From the IMG/VR virus record IMGVR_UViG_3300020050_009209: a stretch of DNA of 64,000 nucleotides. The stretch is one strand, 5' to 3'. Shown here one piece after another: positions 36,311-44,976 of the stretch. Made by a program: the position numbers and the translations under genes. Within the stretch, counting starts at the first letter, position 1, and each line of letters starts with the position of its first letter. The stretch is from a virus (lineage: Duplodnaviria; Caudoviricetes). The notes under the pieces are model-generated. The model had not been told where the DNA came from, did not search any database, and saw nothing but the letters and a program-made list of their open reading frames with translations.

Positions 36311-37612
36311 ATGACTCGCGAACGCTCTACTTGGAACCGTAACGAAATTGTCAAGCAAGCGGGTATGGCACGAACTGCTGACCCCTACCTGATGAATCAG
36401 GATCACGTTAAGCAGCAACCTGCCCATGATGCCTATGGCATTGGTGGACCTTCTGAATTTGGCGAAGATGTCTCGAAGGGGACATGGGAAGCTGAGTATA
36501 GCGGGGGCCAAGTCTCTCGTAACGAGATTGGACTACCTGAAATGCGCAAAGACACCTTCAACCACTCTGAGAAGACTGCAAGTGTTGAGTTCCTTACAAA
36601 GAAGGCAGCTCTTTGCGTTGCAATTTCGCGCAGCATTCTCCCAAAGACTGCCTCTGAGTCGGAGATTGAGGACCAGTCTCTATCTCTCATGCACCTCCCA
36701 GACAGTGAGGTCATGTCGACCTACTCTCGTCTAGCTGCTCAAGGTGAAGAGCAAGAGCAAGAGCAAGAGGAGCAGCAGGCGAAGCAAGCCGGTGAAGTTC
36801 CTCCTCAGTTCAAGAAGAAGGACGACGAAGAGAAGGGCCAAGACCAAGGTCAGCAGAAGCAAGCCCAACAGCAGCAGATGCAGGCTCAGGTTCAACAGCT
36901 ACAAGCTCAACTCCAACAGCTACAAGCCCAGCTACAGCAGCAGGGTGGGCAGCAGGCTCAGCAAGGCCAGCAGGCTCAGCAACAGCAGGTTGCTCAGATG
37001 TTGCAGCAAGGCCAGCAGGCTCAGCAAGTTCAAGCTGGACAGCAGGCACAACAGGGCCAGCAAGCTCAGCAGCAGCAAGTTGCTCAGCAGCAACAGCAGG
37101 CTCAGATGCAGCAGCAAGCTCAGCAGCAGCAAGTTGCTCAGCTTGTTCAGCAAGCTCAACAGCAGGGTATGGACCCTGTCCAAGCTGCGATGTTTGCAGT
37201 GCAGCAGATGCAAGGTCAGCAGCAGCCAATGGCTCAAGACAGCCAGCTGATTGATGACATGCTACTCGATACCTCCTCAGCCCCTCCAATGATGATGGGC
37301 GAGGGAGACATTGAGATGGATGCCCCCTCCATGGATATGTCCGATGCTCAGCTAGGCCCAGAGGATGATGTCCTTAAGACCTTGTTTGCAGCTGACCAGG
37401 ATGACCAGGGGCAGCAGCAACAGGCTCAGCAGCAGAAGCAAGCCCACGCAGTCCGTACAGCCTCAACGCGTACCGTAGGGACTCGTCCCACTGGTGGCGT
37501 TAGCGCAATTGGTGGGAACCCAGGTGCAAGCTCCAATGACATTGGTAAGCTTTCTTCCCTGTGGGGCAGCTCGCCTGATGTGCGTGAAGTCTTCGGTATG
37601 AACAAGAGCTGA
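36311..37612 (+). CDS. probable scaffolding protein with a poly-Q-rich region
   Basis: Between protease and capsid genes; AAGGA RBS; Q/A low complexity; many KxA/RxA motifs. Confidence 0.7.
   Translation: MTRERSTWNRNEIVKQAGMARTADPYLMNQDHVKQQPAHDAYGIGGPSEFGEDVSKGTWEAEYSGGQVSRNEIGLPEMRKDTFNHSEKTASVEFLTKKAALCVAISRSILPKTASESEIEDQSLSLMHLPDSEVMSTYSRLAAQGEEQEQEQEEQQAKQAGEVPPQFKKKDDEEKGQDQGQQKQAQQQQMQAQVQQLQAQLQQLQAQLQQQGGQQAQQGQQAQQQQVAQMLQQGQQAQQVQAGQQAQQGQQAQQQQVAQQQQQAQMQQQAQQQQVAQLVQQAQQQGMDPVQAAMFAVQQMQGQQQPMAQDSQLIDDMLLDTSSAPPMMMGEGDIEMDAPSMDMSDAQLGPEDDVLKTLFAADQDDQGQQQQAQQQKQAHAVRTASTRTVGTRPTGGVSAIGGNPGASSNDIGKLSSLWGSSPDVREVFGMNKS
36745..37230 (+). repeat. CAG/CAA-rich coding repeat (QQAQQGQQAQQQQVA units)
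   Basis: Repeated CAGCAGGCTCAG and CAAGGCCAG blocks. Confidence 0.85.
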
Positions 37613-37707
37613 AAAGCTAAAAGACCGACTCAGCCTTAAGTGGCTGCTTAGATGTAGATGCGAATGTAGAAAAACCCTGCTTTTCCCCGCCTAACAAGGA
37701 GTTCGAT

Positions 37708-38355
37708 ATGTCGATGCGCGGTCAAAGCTCGGGTGGATTCAAGGAAACGTCTGGCCGAGTTCAGTTGTTCCATGTGGTTACACGCAATAGCGTTGGAGCC
37801 CTTGCAGCAGATGCATTCACCCAGGCTAACCCTGTTACCTACACGGGCGCTACAGTTAAGTCTACAACCCTAGCCGGTATTACCAAGGTCGGCGTTCTAG
37901 GTGGTTCGGTTGCGTTTACGCGACCTCAAGTTGGTAACAACCTTACGGGCGGTCCCGCTACTACAGCAGGCCCAACGTTCTTGGCAGGTATCAAGCCTCT
38001 TGGTATCTTCATCAACGACGCCGTGGGTAATGCCTACGAGAACACCCCAGGACCTGCCTCTGGTCGTGGACCCTACGTCCACGGTTCGGGTACGGTTATC
38101 GGAGTCACTCTCTATGAGACCATGATTCTGCAAGCACTAGGCCCTGGCGCCCTAGCTGATCCTCTCACATACGCAGCTGGTGACTTGCTCTATGCGTCGG
38201 CAAACGGCCTTCTCACGAAGCAGCCAGACGACTCGTATGAGCAGCTTCAATCGGGCGTGTTGTTCGCAACAATGCCTACCACCACCGTCATGGGCGTCGT
38301 TTTGGCGGCTCCTGATGCAACCAACCCATTGCTCGTGCTGAGCATGCGCGTCTGA
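37708..38355 (+). CDS. capsid decoration/cement protein
   Basis: Immediately before the MCP; PLGIFINDA..ASGRGPY..YET..YAAGDLLYASANGLLT..MGVV; AAGGAG RBS. Confidence 0.7.
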   Translation: MSMRGQSSGGFKETSGRVQLFHVVTRNSVGALAADAFTQANPVTYTGATVKSTTLAGITKVGVLGGSVAFTRPQVGNNLTGGPATTAGPTFLAGIKPLGIFINDAVGNAYENTPGPASGRGPYVHGSGTVIGVTLYETMILQALGPGALADPLTYAAGDLLYASANGLLTKQPDDSYEQLQSGVLFATMPTTTVMGVVLAAPDATNPLLVLSMRV

Positions 38356-38393
38356 GCGCAACAGCTCTCTAAGAAAGGATAAAGGCACTAACA

Positions 38394-39266
38394 ATGGTTT
38401 CCAACGAAATTAAGCAGCAAATCATCAGCGAGTACATCAAGACTGCGGCAGGTCGCGCAAAGCTTGCTGCCTCGATGATTCAACCCCTCCGCTCGCGTCG
38501 TGACTACACCGCAGTGGGTCGTAAGACCTTCTTGGTGGAGCAACTTCCTGACGGCGCACTTCCAATCTACGACAAGGACCCGGACGTTACGGCCTACGTC
38601 GTTGGCGAGGAAGGCGAGAACATCCTTGCTATCCAGAAGCCACGCAGAGTGATCTTCCCTCTGTTCGAGGTTGCCTCGAACCCAGAGATCCCTCTCACCC
38701 AGATCAAGGAGCGTCGTTTCGACCTCATTGAGCGCTCGCAAGACCTTGCGAAGGCTCAGATCCAGGCAGCTGAGGACGAGCGTGTGTTCGCGGTTCTAGA
38801 CAGCATTGCTGTCTCGGGCTTCGACACTCTAGCAGGGCAGACGAACCCCGACATCAACGTCGTGGCTCCAATCTCCCCAAGCGTCCTAGCTGACGCGTTC
38901 GCTGAGGTAGAGCGTCACGACCTTCGGGTTGCTCGTATCTACATGAACGCAACCGACTACGCGGACATCCGTAAGTTCGGTCGCGACATCCTGGACATCG
39001 AGTCTCAAGCAGTCCTGCTTAAGACTGGTCTTCAGGCAACCCTCTGGGGCGCCCAGATCATCACAAGCCGCCTGGTTCCAGCCGGTTTCGTGTACATCTG
39101 CGCCGAGCCAGAGAACTTTGGACGTTTCCCCGTTCGTACAGAACTAACGGTTCTCAGTGCGGATGACGCGAAGGCCCGAACAATTGGGTTCAGTTGCTTT
39201 GAAAATATCGGCATTGGTGCCTTCAACCCTCGCGGCCTCACGCGTTTGGTTGTCACCCGAGTCTGA
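38394..39266 (+). CDS. major capsid protein (HK97 fold)
   Basis: 290 aa; MIQPLRSRRDY..GRK..VEQLPDGALP.YDKD, FEVASNP.I..IKERRF, ED..F; biased codon usage; strong terminator follows. Confidence 0.88.
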   Translation: MVSNEIKQQIISEYIKTAAGRAKLAASMIQPLRSRRDYTAVGRKTFLVEQLPDGALPIYDKDPDVTAYVVGEEGENILAIQKPRRVIFPLFEVASNPEIPLTQIKERRFDLIERSQDLAKAQIQAAEDERVFAVLDSIAVSGFDTLAGQTNPDINVVAPISPSVLADAFAEVERHDLRVARIYMNATDYADIRKFGRDILDIESQAVLLKTGLQATLWGAQIITSRLVPAGFVYICAEPENFGRFPVRTELTVLSADDAKARTIGFSCFENIGIGAFNPRGLTRLVVTRV

Positions 39267-39291
39267 TAACCCAGCCTAGAAATAGGCACCT

Positions 39292-39327
39292 CAAAAGACC
39301 ATCCTGGGAAACCAGGATGGTCTTTTG
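39292..39327 (+). terminator. rho-independent terminator after the MCP
   Basis: CAAAAGACCATCCTGG-GAAA-CCAGGATGGTCTTTTG, perfect 16-bp stem. Confidence 0.9.
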
Positions 39328-39382
39328 TCATTTGGGGAATGCGTCACTCGGTCAACAGGGAAGAGACCGAAGTTAAAAGTTC

Positions 39383-39411
39383 TTGACAGACATACTCATG
39401 GGCTGTACGAT
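39383..39411 (+). promoter_or_regulatory. sigma70-type promoter (leaderless)
   Basis: TTGACA-17 bp-TACGAT, then 6 nt to in-frame ATG 39418. Confidence 0.75.
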
Positions 39412-39417
39412 GAGGGA

Positions 39418-41682
39418 ATGATCTCAGAGCCCGAATTGCGACGTCTGTACTTGGAAGAGAAGCTAACAACAAAGGAAATTGGTCAACGTTTTGGGTTGAC
39501 TCAGAGTCAAGCTAATCGCCTTCGGATTAGGTACTCCATCCCTACGATTAGTAAGTCGGATCGGCTTGACCTACCTCCGCTGACAACAACTCAGAAAGAG
39601 GTGTTACTGGGTTCAATTTTTGGAGACGGTAGATTACTCTCAACAGGTTCGGTTACTGCTGGGTACTCGGAGTTTCACTCAGACAAGCAGTATGAATACC
39701 TTCAATGGAAAGCTAGTGTGTGGGGGGCCCATCTCTGTTCGGTACGTGACGGAAATAGCACAAAAAACGGAAAAACTTACCGTGGTCATATTCTACGTAC
39801 CCATGGGTGCAGGGAGCTATTTCCCTATTGGAAGAAAGTTTACCCGTCTGGAGCAGGGTACAAGGTTTTCTCTAAGTTAGACTTGACTGAGTTTACCGCT
39901 CTTTCATTAGCTGTGTGGTACTTGGATGACGGTTGCAAGTCGAACAATGGATACATACGACTTGCTGTAACCCCCGACGAGGAGAGTCAGCAAATTGAGT
40001 TAACCTTGTTGCGAGGGTTTGGTTTAGACCCTGTTCTTCACTCAAAAGATGACCCTGCTATTTGGTTACATGACCGAGCTAGTATGCTCAGGTTTCTAGA
40101 CCTAGTAGCCGAGCATATTCCAGTCTCTATGGGGTATAAGTTAGAGTTAGTCCCTCGCTCTCGGGGGGTAGCCCCACGGGACCTGTTAACGGAAGAAGTC
40201 TTACGCGACTCGGTTGGAAAAGGTCGTGGGCTGGATTGGATGGTGCAGTCCACTGGAACTTCCACTACCTCTGTTCGACGTGCGCTGAAAAAATTCGACC
40301 TGACTCTCCCTGAGACCAAACAAGACACATGGGAAGAAGTAAAACAGCGTGTTCAGGTTGGTATTTCGGATGTCGAGTTAGTGGATGCTCTAGTCAGCCT
40401 CCCTCTCCCAAAAGCCCCATCTACCGAAGAGGCTCGTCGTGACTTCGAGAACCTATGTTCCAAGACTTTGGTCAAGATTGAGGATGGGCTTATTCATGGA
40501 GGGGGTAGGGTGGGGTTAACTACCTGTCAGGCGTACTTTCAGTATAGGTATGAAGCAACCAGAGAGAGTAAGCCTTCGGTTCGACAAGCTTGGTTTGACC
40601 CCATTGCAATAACAAAGGCTATCGCATTCCAACGTAAGGTGGGCGACCCTGTTTACCCTGCTAATGTATTCAGAGCCATCAAGGCCTTGAATGCAAGCCC
40701 GTCAAACTTTAGGCCTGCCGTTGCAAAGAAGTTGGTGGAAGAGTTCTCTCCCAAGGGGGGCACTGTTTTAGACCCATGTGCTGGGTATGGGGGCCGTGCT
40801 GTTGGTGCTATTGCAGCGGGTCGCAAGTACGTTGGAGTAGACCCTCACCCCAATGCAGAGGATGCCTTTGCTGCTTTGAAGGAGTGTATTACCGGAGACC
40901 TTACTTTCTACAACCTTCCATTTGAAGAGGTTCAGTTAGGGGCACTTCAAGCAGACCTGATACTGACGAGTCCCCCTTACTTTTCTGTTGAACGTTACTC
41001 GAACAATCCAACCCAGAGTTGGGTGAGGTACCCAACCTTTGACTTGTGGGTAGACAGGTTTCTGAGGGTACTTCTTAGCAAGTCATTTAACCATCTGAAG
41101 GATGGTGGAGTGATGCTACTCAACGTGGCGGACTCCTACTTGAGTGGGAAGTTGATCCCTCTTGTTCAAACTTCGTTAGACGTTGCCCAGTCGGTGGGGT
41201 TTGTTCATGAGCAGACGCTGGGCATGTTGTTAGGTTCATTTGGTCGACGTAGGAAGGAAGAACCCGTTCTTGTACTTAGAAAGAACGGTGGTGAGTGTGT
41301 TGTTCCTTTCATCTCAGTACCTAAAGGACCCCTTCGTAGGGAGGTCTACAGCTCTACAAAAGTCTCTGAGGGGGAGTTACGAAACTTGTATGAGGTAGAG
41401 CTGCTAACTGACTCCGAAATCGGGCAAAAATTTGGGGTCTCCGATGTGCTTATCTCTCAACAGAGGAAGCGATTCAACATCCAAAGTGTTAGCTTTAGGC
41501 AAAGAATCGAGAAACGTAATCCATCCCTGTTGCCATTAAGTGGTCTAACCGAGGAGAGGTTACGAGAGTTGTCTGTAACCTTAAGCGATGGGGACATCGC
41601 AAAGCTCTATGGGGTCTCTAAGCCAACAATACGTAACCGTAGGCATCAGTACAAGATACTGACAGAGAGGAAGTCTAAGTGA
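39418..41682 (+). CDS. HTH - LAGLIDADG endonuclease - amino-DNA-methyltransferase - HTH fusion protein
   Basis: LLGSIFGDG and LAVWYLDDG; VLDPCAGYGGR motif I and TSPPY motif IV; repeated ELR.LY..L.D.EI...FGVS HTH units. Confidence 0.85.
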   Translation: MISEPELRRLYLEEKLTTKEIGQRFGLTQSQANRLRIRYSIPTISKSDRLDLPPLTTTQKEVLLGSIFGDGRLLSTGSVTAGYSEFHSDKQYEYLQWKASVWGAHLCSVRDGNSTKNGKTYRGHILRTHGCRELFPYWKKVYPSGAGYKVFSKLDLTEFTALSLAVWYLDDGCKSNNGYIRLAVTPDEESQQIELTLLRGFGLDPVLHSKDDPAIWLHDRASMLRFLDLVAEHIPVSMGYKLELVPRSRGVAPRDLLTEEVLRDSVGKGRGLDWMVQSTGTSTTSVRRALKKFDLTLPETKQDTWEEVKQRVQVGISDVELVDALVSLPLPKAPSTEEARRDFENLCSKTLVKIEDGLIHGGGRVGLTTCQAYFQYRYEATRESKPSVRQAWFDPIAITKAIAFQRKVGDPVYPANVFRAIKALNASPSNFRPAVAKKLVEEFSPKGGTVLDPCAGYGGRAVGAIAAGRKYVGVDPHPNAEDAFAALKECITGDLTFYNLPFEEVQLGALQADLILTSPPYFSVERYSNNPTQSWVRYPTFDLWVDRFLRVLLSKSFNHLKDGGVMLLNVADSYLSGKLIPLVQTSLDVAQSVGFVHEQTLGMLLGSFGRRRKEEPVLVLRKNGGECVVPFISVPKGPLRREVYSSTKVSEGELRNLYEVELLTDSEIGQKFGVSDVLISQQRKRFNIQSVSFRQRIEKRNPSLLPLSGLTEERLRELSVTLSDGDIAKLYGVSKPTIRNRRHQYKILTERKSK

Positions 41683-41729
41683 CCCCAGGGATCTTCTTGT
41701 AGCCTACCTAACATATAGGAGAGTGACTC

Positions 41730-42740
41730 ATGGCATTACTAGATGCAGATGCAACGTTAGCTGGAGGGGCAACGCAAGCAGTAGACGCAGCTCTACTCTA
41801 TACGTTGGATTCGGTTTTTGGGGGAGGTGCAACCCAAACAGGAGATGCTACCCTTCTCTACGACGTATCTTCAACGATGGTTGGTGGGGCAGACCAGGTA
41901 TCGATTCCGACCCTTCTGCTAGACTCTCTAACAGGGACCCTAACGGCAAGTGGGGATCTCGTTGGAAGCGTTTTCTATGCCGGGGCTTTGGACTCAACGG
42001 CAGCTGGAGGTGCCTCTGTAGCGGTAGACCTACTTATGGGCGAGTTGGGAGCTGTAGACTGTAGCGGATCTGCAACCGTTGTAGCGGACCCTACCTCTCT
42101 CATGGCTTTGGGGTTGACTCTAGAAGCTGCGTCCTACTTGGTGACCCCTTCCTTGTGGAGTTCTCTAGGGGTACCCCTACCTTTGGTGTATGGAAGTGAT
42201 ACGAACTTCAGTTCTACCATGGGTCCAAACCTCATCACCTCTACTGTGCGTAGCCCAGCGTTCTCTACGAGAGGGACCGGGAAGTTTTCAGCCGAGGGTA
42301 AGCTTACGGGTAGGCAGGGGTCTATTGACCTTTGGGTTACAACTGGGGCGACAGGATCAGCTAGGTCCTTGATTGTACTTACCAACGGGGTAACCAATAA
42401 CTTCCTAGAGATCCTCCTCGACACAAACAACAGAGTTAGTCTGATTCACCGTTCTGAGGCGACCGCCATTGTAGCTCAAGCTACTGCGCAGTTTGCAGCG
42501 GAGCCAGTTGGAACTAGAATGAATCTAAGGTATGTTTGGGAATCTACTCAGGCAGTTGACGTGTCCACTAGATTCGCGGTACTGTACAAAAACAACGAGA
42601 AGATAGCCACTTGGGCGACTGACCCAACGGCAGCTTGGGATAGTTTCTTCCCCACCCTTATCTACGTAGGAGTTGGAAGCGTGGCTACGGGCGGAGACTT
42701 CAACGGCACCGTAGACAAGGTTCAAGTTGGTACTGCCTGA
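41730..42740 (+). CDS. virion fibre-like protein: DATLxGxA repeats plus LamG/concanavalin-like C-terminal domain
   Basis: ADATLAGGA repeats; GSIDLWV..IYVG..FNGTVDKVQV; AGGAG RBS. Confidence 0.6.
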   Translation: MALLDADATLAGGATQAVDAALLYTLDSVFGGGATQTGDATLLYDVSSTMVGGADQVSIPTLLLDSLTGTLTASGDLVGSVFYAGALDSTAAGGASVAVDLLMGELGAVDCSGSATVVADPTSLMALGLTLEAASYLVTPSLWSSLGVPLPLVYGSDTNFSSTMGPNLITSTVRSPAFSTRGTGKFSAEGKLTGRQGSIDLWVTTGATGSARSLIVLTNGVTNNFLEILLDTNNRVSLIHRSEATAIVAQATAQFAAEPVGTRMNLRYVWESTQAVDVSTRFAVLYKNNEKIATWATDPTAAWDSFFPTLIYVGVGSVATGGDFNGTVDKVQVGTA

Positions 42741-43084
42741 CAGAGGGAGCTTCCTATGCCACCGTTGAATATCTGGACAATCGGACCATTTGTGTGGTGG
42801 TTGCATGTCACAGACGCTACTTTACGTCTCTGGGGTTTGAAGAAGTGACCAGTGCAGTGGCTGGGCTGCAACAACTACTCCTCTGAGCTTGTCTACTATA
42901 GGTCCAGCATGGGATCCGTACTCACCTGAGGCCCCGCAGTGAGTAGTTCCCAAGACTTATTTTCACCCAGTCGAACTTTTCTGGTTGATTTCGCTAGCGC
43001 GATAAATGTACTTGGGTTATATAGTAGGAGTACTTAGGCATTGTTGATGCCAAATATCGTAAGATATCGAAAGGACAAGAGAAA

Positions 43085-43486
43085 ATGACAAAGACAGAGT
43101 TGATTTCGGCCCTCGCAGCAGAGATGGAAAGCAGCAACAACAAGTCCACGAAGGCGACCATCCGCGCTTTCCTCAAGGCACTTGAGGCTGTTTCGTGTAA
43201 GTCCCTTAAGAAGGACGGAGCGGTTACAATTCCTGGTCTCGTGAAGCTACTTGTCCTAAAGGTGGGCTCGAAGCCAGAGCGTAAGGCTCGGAATCCTGCG
43301 ACTGGCAAGGAGATGATTGTCCCCGCGAAGGGTCCGGGCAAGAAGCTGAAGGCTCGATTTGTCCGTTCGCTGAAGGTCGGTGTTGGGCAGATTGCGGCCC
43401 CACCGAAGAAGGCTTCGACGGCTAAGCCTGCGGCTGCAAAGGCTGCAAAGCCTGCAAAGCCTGCGGCAGCTGCTGTCTCGAACTGA
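43085..43486 (+). CDS. HU/IHF-like DNA-binding protein with a Lys/Ala/Pro tail
   Basis: MTKTELISALA..VTIPGL..RKARNPATGKEMIVPA; tail AKPAAAKAAKPAKPA. Confidence 0.92.
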   Translation: MTKTELISALAAEMESSNNKSTKATIRAFLKALEAVSCKSLKKDGAVTIPGLVKLLVLKVGSKPERKARNPATGKEMIVPAKGPGKKLKARFVRSLKVGVGQIAAPPKKASTAKPAAAKAAKPAKPAAAAVSN

Positions 43487-43505
43487 AGTCGGTCCGAACT
43501 CTCCT

Positions 43506-43543
43506 CAAAACCCCTCTCCCTCTAATAGGGGAGAGGGGTTTTG
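43506..43543 (+). terminator. rho-independent terminator
   Basis: CAAAACCCCTCTCCC...GGGAGAGGGGTTTTG, 15-bp stem. Confidence 0.88.
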
Positions 43544-43552
43544 CTTTCCGAT

Positions 43553-43563
43553 AATCTACTTGT
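43553..43563 (+). promoter_or_regulatory. candidate phage late-promoter motif (AATCTACTTGT)
   Basis: Similar 11-mers precede many virion genes (see findings). Confidence 0.5.
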
Positions 43564-43595
43564 CATACCCACCTTATAGATGGAGGTTACGGTAA

Positions 43596-44894
43596 ATGGC
43601 ATTAGATCAAATCAAGTTTCGACCTGGCACGATGATCAAGTTCTTCTCAACCAAGTCGTTTGCGTTGGGTAGTACTGGGTATAACGTTACGGATGGTATG
43701 GAGGTCCTGTTCGATGGGACTACCGTAGAATTTAGCGGTAATCGGTTTACCCTACCTGGCCTTCGAGGGGCCATTAAGGCTCAGTGGTTGGTACTTCCAG
43801 AGGAGTACGATGCCATTATGGAGAGTGGGGGCGTGGGCCCAGTTTCCGCGAACGTTCAGGTACGGTCTACGAGTGACTTAGGTCAAAACCCTATGCAGCC
43901 TGCTCGTAAGGGTATGATTGCTACGGTTGAGTCGGATGAGCGTATTGTCATGAGTCGAGGGGATCGTGCGGAAAGTGTGCAGCAAGCGAGGACGGCACAG
44001 AATCAAGCAAGGGATCAGGCGAGGCCTTCCGGTGGGGTTGCTAGGGCCTTTGGTAGCGGTAAGGGTATTGACGTAGGTGGTGCCGAGTTTGGAACTCCGG
44101 TAGCTCGTACGTTTACTACTCCAGCAAAGCAAACCCCAGAGGTTACTCCTAACTCGGTAGGTCAGGCTATTATGGCGGCCGACAAGGTAAAGGTCCAACC
44201 GGGGCAAGGAATGTCTGAGAGTGAGATGCTCTCCCGTATGTCAGACGATGACAGAGAGGCCTATCTATCGGAGAAGGAAGCTCGAAAAGCAGATGTCCTT
44301 AGTCGTACAGTAGGTTATGAGCGAGAAGGGAGGTCCACCTCTAATCTCGCGAGTAACAACCAGTTGGGTACTCAGGTTAAGCAGGCCAGTGCTCCACGTA
44401 CGGTAGGGAGGGTGTCGGGACATAAGGTGAGCAACACGGAGGGCTTTACGACTACCTTGGCTACAGGCAGGGGGGTAGAGATTGCAGACCTGTCCGGAAT
44501 GGATGATGCTCCAGCTCGTCAGGACACGGTCTCTTCTGAGGGTATGACGTTTAGAAATACGAACGGCCCAAGGAAGGCATTCAAGCCGGTTGTAAGTAGT
44601 GACTCGGCAGAGGCCTCTACTGATGCAGATTACATTGTACCCGTAAGACACGAAGAGCCTCAGTCTCGTATCGACAAGGATGGTACTGCGGACACTCGAA
44701 AGTTGATCGCCAAGTCAATCTGCAAAGAGTTCCCTGACGACTACGATTTCAGTGCTCACTGGAAACGTCGGCTAGCTACCATTCGACTGAACTATGAGGG
44801 CAACTTCGAGGTCATTCGAGCAATCTTCGCAGCCGAGAGTGACGACTTCAAGAAGCTCCTTTTGGAGGAGTTCCCAGAGGCGTTTACTTCTTAG
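43596..44894 (+). CDS. hypothetical virion-module protein
   Basis: GGAGG RBS; 432 aa; KQA motif. Confidence 0.7.
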   Translation: MALDQIKFRPGTMIKFFSTKSFALGSTGYNVTDGMEVLFDGTTVEFSGNRFTLPGLRGAIKAQWLVLPEEYDAIMESGGVGPVSANVQVRSTSDLGQNPMQPARKGMIATVESDERIVMSRGDRAESVQQARTAQNQARDQARPSGGVARAFGSGKGIDVGGAEFGTPVARTFTTPAKQTPEVTPNSVGQAIMAADKVKVQPGQGMSESEMLSRMSDDDREAYLSEKEARKADVLSRTVGYEREGRSTSNLASNNQLGTQVKQASAPRTVGRVSGHKVSNTEGFTTTLATGRGVEIADLSGMDDAPARQDTVSSEGMTFRNTNGPRKAFKPVVSSDSAEASTDADYIVPVRHEEPQSRIDKDGTADTRKLIAKSICKEFPDDYDFSAHWKRRLATIRLNYEGNFEVIRAIFAAESDDFKKLLLEEFPEAFTS

Positions 44895-44907
44895 TTCGTG
44901 AGCTTGA

Positions 44908-44944
44908 GGAGGGTGGGTAGCCTACGTGAGGTTACTCACCCTTC
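44908..44944 (+). terminator. hairpin / probable terminator
   Basis: GGAGGGTGGGTAGCCT..AGGTTACTCACCCTTC stem with G-U pairs. Confidence 0.6.
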
Positions 44945-44976
44945 ATGCATAATTCATTTGTACCTATGTGTAATCG

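Noticed and set aside
36744-37289. Alternative-frame and antisense ORFs, and a possible CRISPR-like array in the CAG-rich region
   Set aside because: These are by-products of poly-Q coding. There is no constant repeat with unique spacers.
39325-39417. ORF-track 5' extension of the LAGLIDADG-MTase gene
   Set aside because: It overlaps the terminator and the promoter. ATG 39418 begins the first HTH and is the better start.
42741-43084. Small ORFs or ncRNA in the 340-bp gap before HU (e.g. 30-aa ORF at 42756; a minus-strand ORF containing RRKVAS)
   Set aside because: The candidates conflict with each other and have no recognisable motif or strong structure, so support is insufficient.
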